A stretch of 64,000 bases of DNA from Catajapyx aquilonaris. Its lineage: Eukaryota. Made by a program: the position numbers and the translations under genes. The number at the start of each line of letters is the position of its first letter. The first letter of the stretch is position 1. The stretch lies in assembly GCA_000934665.2 (NCBI GenBank), contig KZ538240.1, forward strand, positions 1 to 64,000, given 5' to 3'. This document shows, piece by piece, positions 35,914 through 51,722 of the stretch. Under the pieces are notes generated by a model. That model was not told the origin of the DNA and did not search any database. It saw nothing but the letters and a program-made list of their open reading frames with translations.

Positions 35914-36110
35914 TACAGGGTGGAAGTTCAAGTGTTTTTTTTTAAAGCCGATTAATAGCAGTGATTTTGCGATGACGTAGCAGCGACGCGTAAAATGTCC
36001 CACTTCGGCGCAATCGAAGTGGGCAATTTTACACTTCGCTGCTACGTCATCGTTAAGCGCTTCTATTAATCGCCGTTATAAAACGACACTTGAACTTGGA
36101 CCACCCTGTA
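35914..36110. mobile_element. Palindromic MITE (Tc1/mariner-type, TA target)
   Basis: TA|CAGGGTGG...CCACCCTG|TA. Paired internal segments: aagttcaagtgt/acacttgaactt, cgatgacgtagcagcga/tcgctgctacgtcatcg, cccacttcg/cgaagtggg. Confidence 0.85.
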
Positions 36111-36129
36111 TAGCGGTTATGTAACGAGA

Positions 36130-36538
36130 TGTTATATCCTGTAGCACTTAACGGGGGCTGTTATGTTAGCTAATTTTACCAGCAATTAATGAAAGTGTGA
36201 TGTAATGTTGGCGCATTACCTGATGACCTTTGGCCTCAGGACAATGCGCAATACGCTGCTAAACCAATTAGCCGCTTCATTACGAGCAGACTAAACTACT
36301 TAGCAGTTATGTAAATCACTGCTAAATCAAGTAACAGCTATATAAGACGATTAAGGGACGTATCAGCTATTATGTCAATCGCTGTTCAACCAAATAGCAG
36401 CTATTTTACAAGCTGTTATAGAATGTAGCGCTTAACTGGGGTTGTTATTTTAGCTTATTTTTACCAGAAGTTAATCAAAGGGTGATGTAATGTTGGTGCA
36501 TTACCTGATGACCTTTGACCTCAGGACAATGCGCAATA
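36130..36538. repeat. Direct duplication of ~125 bp (period ~285) within a decayed agcagctatt satellite
   Basis: gtgatgtaatgttgg(c/t)gcattacctgatgacctttg(g/a)cctcaggacaatgcgcaata at ~36197-36252 and ~36482-36538. Confidence 0.85.
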
Positions 36539-39182
36539 TTATGGGAAGAGCGTAACACATTGCCTTGCAAGGGACGTGGCGGCCTGAGGAGTAAATTCAG
36601 ATGAATATGACAAGGCAGTGGGAGAAGGAGGGGGCTGAAAATGTACGGTCCCATTTTGGTCCCCCCTCCTACCCATCACCTTTAAAAAAAAATTGGGGAG
36701 AGGCGGGGAGGGAAGGGAAGGGAAGGGAAGGGAAGGGAGGGAGGGGAATATAAAGAAAAGTTGGCCTCTTACCACACGGAGCTGGCGTTGTTCGTGAGGG
36801 ATGTAAGTATTATTTTTATTGCGGCACTTCGCAGACGAAGTGGGGAATGGAGTGGAAGTAGGACGGGGGATGGGGGAGGGAGAAAGTGGGGAGGAGGGAA
36901 GTGGGAGGGAAAGCAATTACTGCAATAAGATTTTCCTATACCGTCATACAAGTTGGAGCTGCAATGATGTTGATGCGAATTAATGACATCGTTTCTTGAT
37001 GGACTTCACCTGAACGTTGGCTAATCAGTTACTGTCCAGGTAGTACCATATCTCTCACATGGATGGCGCACTACTTCCACTGGCGGGCAGACTCTAGCTA
37101 ATTCTATATATTTTTAAAAAAATGGGTTTAAATACCCATCACATCAGTTAAAACCCGAACATGTACGTCTCCCCCAGGGTGTGAAGGTGGGTCCTTCACT
37201 TTGTAACCCAATTAATTAACATCCTCAACACGGGAGGAGGAAAAGAGGAACTGTAATGACATGGCGAAAAAGCCCACCTTCAAGGCAGAAAGTAATCAGT
37301 GCGTCAAGTGCAATCGTGTCTTCTGAAATATTCATGCCTCTTCCTCCAACCTCCTCCTGCACAACCCCACCTTCTTTAGTCTGCCCTCCAACCATCTAGC
37401 TTTAATTTTTACACAAAAAACTATGGAGTGTACATGGTGTGTCAAAATTAAGGACGTAATTAGTTTAGAAGAAAATGTGGAGTAAAACTGTTTGACTTAC
37501 GATGGTGTCTTGCACTATATGGTGTGACAAAAGAAGGGTGACTATAGGATGGATTGAGCCTATGATACTTCCATCGCGTCGGTCACCGACTCAGTAATCA
37601 AAATAAATACACTGAAAATTAATATTAGACATGAGAAAAATAACAACCGAAGAATGTATTGAAAAATAATGGAAAATGAATTGAAAATTACGTAATAATT
37701 CAAATTAAACCTATAAAATATAAGGTAAAATAAAATAAATTGAAAACTAAAACTAAAAAACACGAAAATTGAACATTAAGAATCTAAATTTAAATAAAAG
37801 ACTAAAGAAAAATTTCAATAAAACCCAATATTCAATTAAAAATAGAAAGAACTAAAACTAAAAATGTATAACTAAAATAATGGAAACTCAAATTTAATTA
37901 AAACTCAATTTAAAAATTAACACTGAGCTAGAATAAAGTATGAAATTAAAATTAATGTTGAAAATTTTAAATAACTGATAATTCAAATGAAAAAGTAAGA
38001 ATTGAATCATATTAACATTAAAATTTAATAATATACGATTAAGTGAAATTAATACTAAAATAAGATAAACACGAAAGATTAAAAAATTACGTGGTAATGC
38101 CTTCAATATTTGTAATGAAAGTGAAAGAGATACATACACCAATAATTTGAAGCTACTTAATCCGGCCTAATATTATACTAAAAGAGAAGTCCAAATAATT
38201 TAAACTATCACTATGGACCACAGGGTAGTTCTATTATAAAACATTTACCCAGCCTGAAAACTCGGCTTTTCTCCTGAAAACTTCTCCAGGCAAAGTCACT
38301 CGATGATCCTGAAACTTGCATCAGGCATGTCAAACCGTCCAGGCAAAATGGCCCCCACACTTGCACACGGAAGCTCCAGTGGGACCAACCTTTCCGAGAG
38401 ACCCCCCCCCCCCAAAAAAAAGAAAGAAAAAAATGGCGTGGGGGCATTGCAAGAAGGGGGGGGGGGAAAGGCAAGGCAAATAAGGTGCACTCTGACGTGA
38501 CTTGTCTCCCTACAACTTTTGTGGATGTTAAGTGTGTAGGAGCAAGCTCTCTCCCTCCTGGTTTCTTGCTCCGAGGAAAGGGGAAAAGGTCCTGAAGGAT
38601 TTTCTGGAAGAAGATGGGAGAGGGGGGGGGGATCGCTCCACTTTGCATCGGGAAGAGAGAAGGAAGGTAGGAAAGGGAAGGAAAGGCGAGACCTGCAGAC
38701 AAAGTGTGTAGTCTGGGAGATGTTTTATTTATCGCGGCAAAGGGAGGCCCAGGACAGCCCCCGCCGCCACCACCAGGAGGAAGAACAAGTTTTAAATTCC
38801 TAATATGTGTCGCAAAGCCCAGGGATTCAGCAAGGGGGAGGAGGAAGGATAAAAAAGGGAAGGGAGGAGATGAGGGGGGGAAAGGTGTACCATTTGATCC
38901 TATCCCCTGGACTGCAGTGGAGGGCAGGCCCCAGATAGGCGGAGGGGGGCATACTTTCCACCAGGTTGTATTATTGTGGTCGTAAAGTTGGGGAGGATAT
39001 ATTTTTAAGGGGGAGTGGACGACTATCGTTTGCTGGGTTTGGGTCAGAAATGTTGTAAGGGTGGGCAGTCCATGTTGTGTCAACAAGATGGAACTGTGGG
39101 TGGTAGTGGGGAGATAATATTTTGTCCTGACATGGAACAATGTGGGTTGGCAGTACTGCGCGTAGCTAATTGCTCAATCATG

Positions 39183-39265
<83 letters not shown>
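39183..39265. repeat. (TAC)n microsatellite, left of the mariner
   Basis: Perfect run. Confidence 0.95.
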
Positions 39266-40580
<1,315 letters not shown>

Positions 40581-41679
40581 CCCTACAATCATAGAGTATA
40601 AAAATATTGTATCATAACTAATAAAATGAAATAAATAACAATAAACAACAATAATAGCATTTGACTAATAAAATAACACATTATACAGTATAAATGTAAA
40701 TAAAACTATCGATATATGAAATGATCACAGTAATAATATTGAATGATTGTGTGATAAATTATAAATTATAACCGTTAACAGACGGCAAATGATGAATGGG
40801 CATGATGAATAACAGATAACATATTATTCTATAGTAATATTAAATAACAAATAAGAAGTATATAATACCGTAACAAAATAATACACAATAACAGTAATAA
40901 GTAATATAAAATGGAATAATAATACATGATAATCATAACAAGCTAAATAAATGAAATATTAAAATATTGTAATAATAACCTTTGGTAAATAAATACATAA
41001 GTTGCTAATATTAATGCTATTAACATTAAATTGATAAATAATACTACGCTACCATTAATGAAAAGAGAAATTGTGATAAAATTAATGTAAATAATACCAA
41101 TAATAACGGATAAATAAGTGAATGCCACTACTAATAATAACTAATTAAGTAAAATTATACAACTAATAAATGCATGTTAAAGATTCTTGCATTGGTTTTG
41201 CTTGCCCTAATCGCTTACCATCCCTGTGTACAAGAAACCATTAGAGAAGCTTTTCGACGATCTTTGAAAAAAAAAAAAAAAGTACTTGTTGCCCGAGATC
41301 GATAATCAATATTAAGTTGGGAGTTCTTTAGCCTTGCAAGCGAGCCAATAATTCATCAAGTTATTATTCCCGTTAAAGCTACCCCATTAATAATTTTTTT
41401 TACCCCTCCTCCTTCCTTCCTTACCTTACCCCCCCCNCCCACCCCCACTCGGCATCTGCCGAGAACTAATGACCTACAACTAATCAATTTTTCTGGAAGG
41501 GCGGCTCGAGTCTGAATAATAATCAGAACCTGGAATTATTCTGCATGTCCCTATTGTTGCAAAAAATGGTGTTACATTTCTCAGCATTTTGTCACCCAAG
41601 TTGTTGAGCAGAAGTTATTATCTCACACCTATAATAATTAAAAATGGAAATCTAAAGTAAAATAAATAGAATAACAGTT

Positions 41680-42250
41680 AAATCAGTTAAATTAAATTAA
41701 AAATCTAAATTAAATTAAAATCAATAAAATAGTTAAATTATTAAAATAGTTAAATCAATAAAATAGTTAAATCAATAAAATAGTTAAATTATTAAAATAG
41801 TTAAATCAATAAAATAGTTAAATCAATAAAATAGTTAAATCAATAAAATAGTTAAATTATTAAAATAGTTAAATCAATAAAATAGTTAAATTATTAAAAT
41901 AGTTAAATTATTAAAATAGTTAAATCAATAAAAATTAAATTAAAATCAATAAAATAGTTAAATTATTAAAATAGTTAAATCAATAAAAATTAAATTAAAA
42001 TCAATAAAATAGTTAAATTATTAAAATAGTTAAATCAATAAAAATTAAATTAAAATCGATAAAAATTAAATTAAAATCAATAAAATAGTTAAATTAAAAT
42101 CAATAAAATAGTTGAATTAAAATCAATAAAATAGTTAAATTAAAATCAATAAAATAGTTGAATTAAAATCAATAAAATAGTTAAATTAAAATCAATAAAA
42201 TAGTTAAATTATTAAAATACTTAGATCAATAAAAATTAAATTAAAAGTCT
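41680..42250. repeat. A-rich 18-23-bp array (aatcaataaaatagtta...)
   Basis: Seen directly. Confidence 0.9.
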
Positions 42251-44844
42251 AAATTAAAAGAAACTGATATTGAAATTAAAACCCATTAAAATATATTAAA
42301 ATTTAATTTAATTTAATTTAAAATAATTAATACTTAAATTTTCTTTCTTTTGATAAATTATGGCTTCTCCAAAATATCAGAGTGTGACCAGCAAGGTTGC
42401 CAATTTTCTCACCTGGTTCCTTTCGTGTCAGGATCGTTCCGGATCGTGCCAACTCGCGTCCATCTGCACACCCACCCAAAGTTTGTCCTCAGCACCTCAC
42501 CGGGTTTTTCGTCCATTGTCATTCCCAACTCCTACACTTTGGATCTCTTTCCACCCACCCTCCTCCCAGCAGCGAAACAGAAAAGTTAGCCCAAGTTTAT
42601 TGCAAGGAGGAGATGTGACACTCTAGGTTTTCGCATGCAATATTCAAGCACTGGCGTCCATGCTTCTTCTTTTTTTTCTCTCTCTCTCTTCCTTCCTTCT
42701 TTTCCTTCCTTCTTCTTCCCTCTTCTTCAGCTGGTTCCCCTCTTGTTCATGTCTGAGTCTGGGGGTAAATTGAGGCAATTTCCCACACCGGTGGGTTTCC
42801 TCGCTTAAGGAGCATGCAGGAAGTTGCAAAAAGGGAAATGTTGGATATCCTCTAAGTCTTATTGTGCGAGCTAAACGTGCCTTGAATTATCACGTCGTAT
42901 GACTCCTACCTCCCCCCAAACCTTTAACCTACCTACTCAAAAAAAAGAAAGAAGTTTTTTTTTGCAAATTTTTTTTTGTTTCAAGCTTGGTTGGAGCTTA
43001 TTCCAGGTAAAATATGATTATTCACTCCGGTGGATTTCTTCCGGTTTTTTCGGTCAATTAAAATTCAGTCGCCGTGAGGAAGGCAAACAGTATTAATGCG
43101 GAGTAATGGCTCCCCCCCCCCCCCCTTGAAAGAAAAAAATATGTATACGATATTGGAGAGAGCAGGGTTGCCAAATGAAGAAAAATCGTGGATCTGCATG
43201 AAACGGGAGTTTATTTATTTTGAAGCACGTTCCATTTTTTTTAAATGGTGAAAATTATCGGAAGATTGACAAAGGATTTTGTTATGTCCAGATCCATTTC
43301 CCACCATTTATTTCCGGTGGTTTTTGGCAACAATGCATTGCGATGTTGCCAAAAATTTTGATTTTTGTTGACACCACAGGAACGGGCGTCTCCACCTCCC
43401 GGGCTTTGAGATTGAGTTTCATTTTTACAGCAGTAACACACAGACTCGGGGGGATTGGTTACTGCAGTTGAAATAATGTCCCGGAGATAAAAATCGGATT
43501 TCTATTTTTTTTTTAAAAAAAAAAGGTCTTTCCTTCTGCGGATCTGGAAAATTTTCTCCAGGACAAGGAATTTATCGACCGGAGTGATTTCACAGGCCTT
43601 GAATGCCAGAGATGATTGCCTTTATAGTCTTGAGGAAATATTGAATTCGCCAGCAGGAAAAAGGATAGAGATAGCTGAACTCATTCCCCTTCCTCTCTAT
43701 ATACCCTCACCATCTCTTCTTACCAAAAAAAGGAGGAAGAATTTCAAATATTCAGAGTGGGCAGTCATACCTAGCATTATTGAGTTAACGTGTCTGCATT
43801 TGCGTCCCAATAAATGGCATTCAAAATATTTTCCTTGCATTATATATTTCTATACAAAATGTTCTGCCTTTCCCACTCTTATTGTTCACAATAATTTTAA
43901 GCCGCTTTTTATTTTATTGAAATTCCATGAAATACTTGCCATACAATTTTTAACAGCATTTGCATTTATGTCATTTTTGAGCAAAATATTTTGCAAAGTT
44001 ATTGTTTGCATGATTTTAATTCGGCGCTTGGCGAATTATTAACACTGGTTTATAGCCTATTTTGTTGCTTGCAATGGCTATCAAAACATTTAATGAAATA
44101 TTCTGGCTGATTATTTTGTGCTTCTGTTTTTGTTGTTTATTGTACCTAAAAATATGCTACGTTGTAGTTTATTTATTTATTTATTTAATTTCCACTGTGC
44201 TAAGAACAAAGATGGAAAGTTTGTATTATTTATGCTGTACTATTGCCTTCAGCAGCATGAATTTGCATGATGGCACCATCAACTTAGCTGTGCAAAAAAA
44301 AAAAATCATTGCAGGTTCCTGCGACTTTATTATTCGCATTATTTTAAGGCTAGAGCATGCCATTTCGTCTTTTTTACGTTGTCATGAACCGAGGGCTGTA
44401 TTTCCCAAAATTAGGAGGGCCTTGCATATTATGCTAGAAAATCCTGCGAACTACCTACGATAATTTCGCAGTCATAAGAGGATACAACCAGTTTTTTTTC
44501 TCTCTCTCTCTCTTCCTCTTCTATCTAGAACACTTTGCTTCAGTTCATTATCTCCGAATGCTTTCTGAGATCCTGGGGATTGCGTCAGGAAGCTTAGAGC
44601 GCCGTAAAAATCGAATTACGTCTTATAAGTTTCGCGTTACGACTGGGCATAAATGAGGGGGGTGCTGAAAGTGTATAGTTTTTTTTTAAAAGTTGCTCAT
44701 CAGTTTGGTAACTGAATACCCATTTTTTAGTGTTCAATTTACTGGCGTTTCTAAAGGAATCCACTGACAACACTGGCAGAGAAAGGGAACCGGTTGAGCA
44801 GGTGAAACAGTTTGTGTAATAATCTGCGTGTTAATTGCTGTTAA

Positions 44845-45450
44845 TCTAAAGTAGCAGTTACTCTAAACTAGCAGAGATTATAAAAAGCCGTGATTCTAAA
44901 CTAACAGCTACTTTAAATTAGCACCGACTCCATACTAGCAGCGACTTGAGAATAGCAGCTACGTTAAATAACTGTATTTTTTCGTGCCATTCCATATAAC
45001 TAATTCAGTATAAACTAACAGCTACTTAAAATAGCAGCGACTCCATACTAACAGCGACTTGAGAATAACAGCTACTTTAAATACCTGTATTTTTCCATAA
45101 TATGGAAGGGCACGAAAATAGTTATAAAACAGTTATAAAAATACAGTTATAAAGCAGTTATAAAATACAGTTATAAAACAGTTATAAAAATACAGTTATA
45201 ACTAATTCAGTATAAACTAACAGCTACTTAAAATAGCAGCGACTCCATATTAGCAGCGACTTTAAATAACTATTTTCCATACCCTTCCCTACAACTAATT
45301 CTGTATAAATTAACAGATACTTAAATTAGCAGCGACTCTAAACTGACTGTTATTATAAACTAGCCGTGACTCTAAACTAACAGCTACTTTAAAATAGCAG
45401 CGACTCCATACTAGCAGCGACTTGAGAGTAGCAACTTTAAATAGCTCTTT
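44845..45450. repeat. aaactagcagcgactct-type satellite, copy 1
   Basis: About 17-bp units, related to 48240-48960. Confidence 0.8.
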
Positions 45451-45590
45451 GAATTTTCCATCGCCTTCCCAGAATCACGTCGAGCTATTGATTCATTAAA
45501 GTGTTGCTCTTAATTTATTAGCCATTAATTTCATCGGATTTAATTACATTCGCGTGAGTGTGTGCATATAACAATTGTGTACACTAAATT

Positions 45591-45825
45591 CATGGTGTTC
45601 CAAGTTCGTGGATAGTTTTTTTATATAACTGATATCGCCCGATAGTAGTCATTTTTTGTAGCTTGTTGCATCCTTGTGCCCCTAACCACGTGCCCCATTC
45701 TATAGAAACCTCTATATTTGGCCCCCTGCTGGGAGTAATGGGGAAGGGATCGGGGCACAACAAGTTACAAAAAATAACTACTATCAGGCGATATCAGTGA
45801 TACCCACGAATTTTGAGCACCCTAT
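45591..45825. mobile_element. Degenerate foldback MITE
   Basis: actgatatcgcccgatagtagtcattttttgtagcttgttg pairs with caacaagttacaaaaaataactactatcaggcgatatcagt; right end gagcaccctata. Confidence 0.7.
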
Positions 45826-48239
45826 ATAAATAAATTACATAATTATTGCGAATTGCGAATTTTTCAAATTGTAAATACATGCTATTTTTATATGATTTGT
45901 CTAATAATATTGTGTAATAATAATATTTTGAGTCTACAAGCTGAAAAGGATCCATCAGGACAAACCTTGGCCTTTTTTCTTAATCGATACACATAATTAG
46001 TTAACCAAATTGGGCCAAAAAGAAAGGTACTTTTTTTTTGAGACAGCGCAAAATAGTTTGACAACATCCAGCAGATCCCTCTGATGACGTCTTTACAACT
46101 CTGGTTTGTCCCCAAATCAAATTTAACGAGACTATAATTTCCAGCATTTGTGTGATGGAGGCCGCAAAGTCCTCCAGTTAATCACCACCACTCTCTATTC
46201 AGTCCAGTTATTCAAGCTAGGTTATAGCTGAGGGGGACAAGAGTCGTTGGAAAGCATTAGGCAAGATCATTTCCCTCCACTGCATGTTTGGCAGCAGATA
46301 ATTTCCCCCCCTGCCAATTGTTTATTCATTATCGCTCGAATGAATTACTCATCCAAAATCTACTCTTGAAGAAAAGAGAGACTTTGGCCTAGATCCTAGT
46401 TATAAACCGGAGTGTTATAACCGCAAAGAGATACTTGGCAGATGAACCTTCCAGGGGCTGGGATAAGGACCGTGCGGGACGTTACTGCCAACACAGCTTA
46501 TTAAATCAAGCAACAGCATAATTAAGAGGGGGGGGGGGGAGAGATCTTTTTCCTGGGCATAAATGTTAATTAGAGAACGGAAACTACTCGTGCGGATAAT
46601 CTGGAGCAATATACCAGGGAGTTATGCGGGGAGCCGGAAGCCTAATTTCGTTATAAGGAAAGAGGAGGTCTAGGAGACTCTGCAAGACGGCCACCATTTT
46701 GTTACCTGATCATGCTCCTCAGACAAGGATCAGACTCACAGGGCCTGGAAGTGGAGGGGGGGGGGGACCTAATGGCGGGGGGCTGGGGGTGTGGAGGAGG
46801 CGTAAATGGGTTGCCAGATGTGGAGAGGGAAAGGTTTTTAATTGGGGGGGAGTAGCAGTGTTGCCAGAGCAGGTTGGCGGCCATTTTGTTGACATGGATG
46901 AAAGGGCCATATACATTGTACCTGACCCCGTTTGGCTCAAGGTTTGGCCAGTTTAAAAAAATGATACTGCACATATGCTGTGGATGCCATTTAATTATGG
47001 CTACCACATTTATTTATTTATTTATTTCTATTTACCTCTGTATTATAATATTGTGTAATGTTATACTAGTTATATGGTATTTATATCTAAATTATAGTTA
47101 ATTATTACAGTACTTTTAATTGTATTTAAAAGTTATTATTTATTTGCTAATTAAGTTTATTCATTATTTTAATGCAGTATAGGCACTGTTTCATTTCTTG
47201 CATGCATATACAGGTATTTAAGTACAGTAATATCTTGTACACTGAAATGTCTTCTGTAATAATGTACTTGTACTTATTATATTTAATCATATTGTAATTA
47301 TAATTATGTAAATGTAATACATTATAATTGCATTATAATTTTAATGTAATATGAATTTGCATGTAACACAATTACAGCATATATTATACCAGTGTATAAT
47401 TATGTTGTTATGTATTTATTTAATTACTTTATATCCATTTATCGGTAAATTTTTTTAAATTTATGGCAACAATATCTACAATTTTACAGCCCCCCAACAA
47501 TCAGGCTTGTATTTCATTGCTGTTGCTTACATGTCAACAATGAAATACAGGCTCAGGACAATCACAAAAATTTACCAGATTACCAACAATGATACATTCT
47601 GGCATCAGACACAAATCAGGATTACCAGATAAAAATACATTGAAAAAGAGTCAATAATCGATTTATACATTGGCTAAAAAAATTAAAAATAAATCGCAAG
47701 TAGCTGTCCATATTTTTTTTGTGTCGCTCCAAAAGTTATGGCACTCTTTCTGGCCATATGCAGCCCTAAAAGCAGGATTTATTTACTGTCAGCCAAGAGT
47801 GTCGCGTGCATAATTAACTTACCGGCTAACAAACGACGCCGTAAAGGCCATCTCAACAAAGCAGGGGCATATACGAGAGACGGTCCTATCCCCCAAAAAA
47901 ACAAAATGCAGCAAGCTCGTAAAAAATAACAATCACGCCATAAGCAGAAACCTTTACGACTAAATTGCGCCCGCGTTTTGGCATAGTGGCAAGGTGTATA
48001 AGTTTAACGCTGCTTTTATTCGCTTTTGTCGACGGTATTAACGCGTCGTGTCCGCAGCTAAATCTGTCCGACCGTTCACACGGGCCAACCTTTAAGGTGT
48101 CCGGACAAGTTGGCTCAGAGCGCAACTCGTCACGCTTAAAACACATTCTTGGTCAGGTAACCTCGTAAGAGAGGTTTCAAAACGTGCAATCTGCTATTTA
48201 ACCAGCAGATATTTAACTGTTTAACTGGTATTAACAGCG

Positions 48240-48960
48240 TGCAGAATAGCAGTGACTATGATACTAACCTCTACCTAAAATAGCAGCGATACTAAACTAG
48301 CTGTTATTTTAAGCTACCCGTTACTCTAAACTAGCAGTGACTATAAATAGCTGTGACTAAACTAGCAGTGACTCGAGATAGCTGCGACTATAAATAGCTG
48401 CGATTATAAACTAACAGTGACTATTAATAGCAGCGACTCTAAACTAGCTGTTACTCTACGCTAGCCGTGACACAAAACTAGCCGTTACTCTTAAGTAGTT
48501 AACAACTACTTAAAAATAGAATCCACTCTAAACTAGCTGTTATTCTCAACTAGCAGTTACTCTAACAGTGACCATAAATAGCCATGACGCTAAACTAACA
48601 TCTAAATAGAAGCGACTTCAAAGTAGCGGTTTTATACTCTAGCCATTACTCGAGACTAGTAGTTACTCTAAACTAACAGCTACTTTAAAATAGCAGCCAC
48701 TCTAAACTAGCTGTTACTCTCAACCAGCAGTTACTCTACAGCGACTACAAATAGCAGCCACTCTAAACTAGCTGTTACTCTCAACCAGCAGTTACTCTAC
48801 AGCGACTACAAATAGCAGCCACTCTAAACTAGCTGTTACTCTCAACCAGCAGTTACTCTACAGCGACTACAAATAGCCATGATTGTAAACTAACAGCTGC
48901 TTTTAATACAGCTACTCTTTAGTAGCAGCCACTTTAGAGTAGCAGAGCAGCTATTCTAAA
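48240..48960. repeat. aaactagcagcgactct-type satellite, copy 2, with a 61-bp higher-order repeat
   Basis: 61-bp unit starts at ~48688, 48749 and 48810. Confidence 0.85.
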
Positions 48961-48962
48961 GT

Positions 48963-49031
48963 GGCACTGTAAACAACAAACAGCTATTTAAAGTAGCTCT
49001 ACTTTAAATAGCTGTTTGTGTTTACAGTGCC
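48963..49031. mobile_element. Hairpin with CACTGTAAA...TTTACAGTG termini (CACTA/EnSpm-like miniature element)
   Basis: ggcactgtaaacaacaaacagctatttaaagtag pairs with ctactttaaatagctgtttgtgtttacagtgcc. Confidence 0.5.
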
Positions 49032-50199
49032 AATCCCAGAATCACGTCGCGCCATCGATTCATAAAAATTCTTTTGTGTGTCTCTTAATTTATCAGCCGT
49101 TAATTGCGGCTGATTTAATGTCGTTATTATGAAAGCCACTTCAGACAGTGCGTATACATAAATTACTTAACCAGTAATGTATAATTATAGCACAATATTA
49201 TCACATACTGCGTGAAGGGTTCTTGCAACGTAATAATGCATCACATTGGCCTAATTGGTGCCTAGAGGGCCTACATTACCGCTAATAATATATGCCTTTG
49301 CGCATGCGCTATACGGGTACAGTGCGTTAATAGAGTCCAATTATATTGTGCACAAGTGCGTCTATTTTTCTGCAGGCGTCTAAATTGCACCAGAAAATTA
49401 GAGGCATTTTCTGCGAAAATTTGCTTACAAATGGAAGTTCTGAGGGTTACTTATTCAGAAGTATTTCAATTGGTTTGCGAAATCTGCTTTTTTTGGCTTT
49501 ATTTGATTTCACTGCAGTGAGATTTTTTTTGCACTGTTTATTGCTATTTTTTCTGTCTCCTTTGAGAACATGAACTATTCAGGTGGCAGGTGGCATATGG
49601 GAATCAAATATGGGGAAAAGAGTAGGTTAGTGTGGCAAATATTTCCTCTTCTGCAGTTCTGTAGAGAAAAAAATTTGCGGAAAACAATATTGCAGAGTAC
49701 GCATGAAGCGCAAAAATTATGCACGTGTTACAATTTTATTAGCTAAAAATTTGCGACGATAATGTCACCTGAATTATTTATAAGTGAAGTTGTTTCTACA
49801 ATTACATATTGCACATTCTGATAGAGTGAATCATATTTTTTCGCGAACTAATTTGTAAGCTGAATGTGAAAGTAGTGATGTTGCAATTACTAACTGGCAA
49901 TGGCAGACTGTTATTTTTTTGTCATTCTTGCAGGGCATGTACAGTGTACGGTTTCCATTAATTTTAAATCGGGTAATGTGTTACATCTGCTACGTGCTTC
50001 GAACTATATAAAAAGCAAAGTGTCACTTGCAAAATATGTATGGACGTCATACTGTAACAACCAGCAGTGCGCCATTTTAAATGTCATTAAGTCTCACCTT
50101 CAGTGTGCATTACACTGCACTCCAACATGTAGCTGCCCCTGGTAAAATTGGGCTACATGACACGAGTAATTCCCCTGGAAGTAAAGCGACATATTAACT

Positions 50200-51150
50200 C
50201 CTATTATGTAATAGCTACGCTAATAACAGCTCCGGTTTGACCTAAACATTTATAACCGCTATCGTGTAACTTCTGCTTCAATAACGGCTATTGTGTAAAC
50301 ACATTTGGAAAATGGCTGTTACGTAGCTGCTACGTGCACCTATAATGTACGATTCTCTTGTAACTGCTGCGTTAATAACGGATGCTAGCTCCAAATAAAT
50401 AACGTGTACTGCTTCACTTCTATAAGTAACGGCTACTGTATAACTCACTCACTCACTCATTCATATCTTCACGCCATAAATCCCAGCCATCAGCGGTGTC
50501 CAGGCTATAACTTGTTACTTATAACTTGTATGTAATACATAAATAATAGCTATTGCATAACTGTTACCTAATTGACGGCTATCGTTTCCTACATTAATAA
50601 CGGTTGTTACACAATTATGCTTAAATAATAGCTATGGCGTAACAGATCGCGTTACTGCTCTGTAAATAACAGCTACCATGTAACTGCTACGTAAGTAACA
50701 GCTATCTTATTGTAACTGATGTGTGAGCAACAGTTAATCTACAATGCGTAACAGTTAATCTTCAATGAGTAACAGCTTAATCTACAATGAGTAACAGTTA
50801 CTCCGTAACTGCTACGTAAGTAACGGATATCGTGTGACAATGAGTAACAGTTATTGTGGATTTGATGTGTGAGTAACAGTTATTGTGTAACTGATGTGTG
50901 AGTAACAGTTATTGTGTAACTGATGTGTGAGTAACAGTTATTGTGCAACTGATGTGTGAGTAACAGTTATTGTGTAACTGATGTGTGAGTAACAGATAAT
51001 GTACAATGAGTAACAGTTACTGTGTAACTGCTACGTAAGTAACGGCTATCGTGTAATTGCTGTGTGAGTAGCGGCTATGATGTATAACCCCGAATTAATG
51101 GCGGTCATTATGTTGTAACTTCTACGGAAATAGCGGCTATTACGTAACCT
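50200..51150. repeat. gtaac-rich satellite with a 29-bp core
   Basis: gagtaacagttattgtgtaactgatgtgt at 50871, 50900, 50929 and onward. Confidence 0.8.
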
Positions 51151-51612
51151 TTAACTTAATGAGAGTTCTTCCTTATCCGCTATAACGCTATAAACGGCTC
51201 CTGCAACGCATCTAACCTGCGATTAACACTTCCCAGTAACTGTAACCCGCTCTCCAAACAGAGGTAGTAGCAAAAATCAAAATTCCTCACCAGATCGCCA
51301 CTTGATCCAACTCCAAAAAAGAGCGTACAGGCCACCAGAGAGGGAGGCCCCGGCTCTCCTCTCGCCCTGTTTTCTTTAAACAACACGTACTTAGCCGCTT
51401 CCGACGAGATAATTGCGAGCCACAAGCAGCCAAATTTGGTCCCAACAGGGTACGGTTCTCTCTCTCTCTCTCTCCGTGTAACCCAGGCCCTGTTTTCACA
51501 AGAGGACCCCGAGCCAAACCATGAATCCACAAGAGGGTGTCGCTTTGCCTCTATAGGATTGCTGTGTGCTTGGTGATCAGCGCCACGTGCTACCTAACCC
51601 CCCCCCCCCCCC

Positions 51613-51722
51613 NNNNNNNNNNNNNNNNNNNNNNNNNNNNNNNNNNNNNNNNNNNNNNNNNNNNNNNNNNNNNNNNNNNNNNNNNNNNNNNNNNNNNNNN
51701 NNNNNNNNNNNNNNNNNNNNNN
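51613..51722. other. Assembly gap (N run)
   Basis: Ns after poly-C. Confidence 0.99.

Noticed and set aside
38211..39140. 309-aa minus-strand ORF
   Set aside because: Pro/Phe/Leu-rich translation of a purine-rich, G-run strand, with no domain or splice support.
42413..42523. Minus-strand exon-like segment ending AG|GTGAG
   Set aside because: No clear acceptor, partner exons or recognisable protein.
43162..43175. Dispersed CAGGGTTGCCA motifs (also ~3610, 46807, 57233, 60844)
   Set aside because: Possibly solo ends of old hAT-like elements, but no paired TIRs or TSDs could be established.
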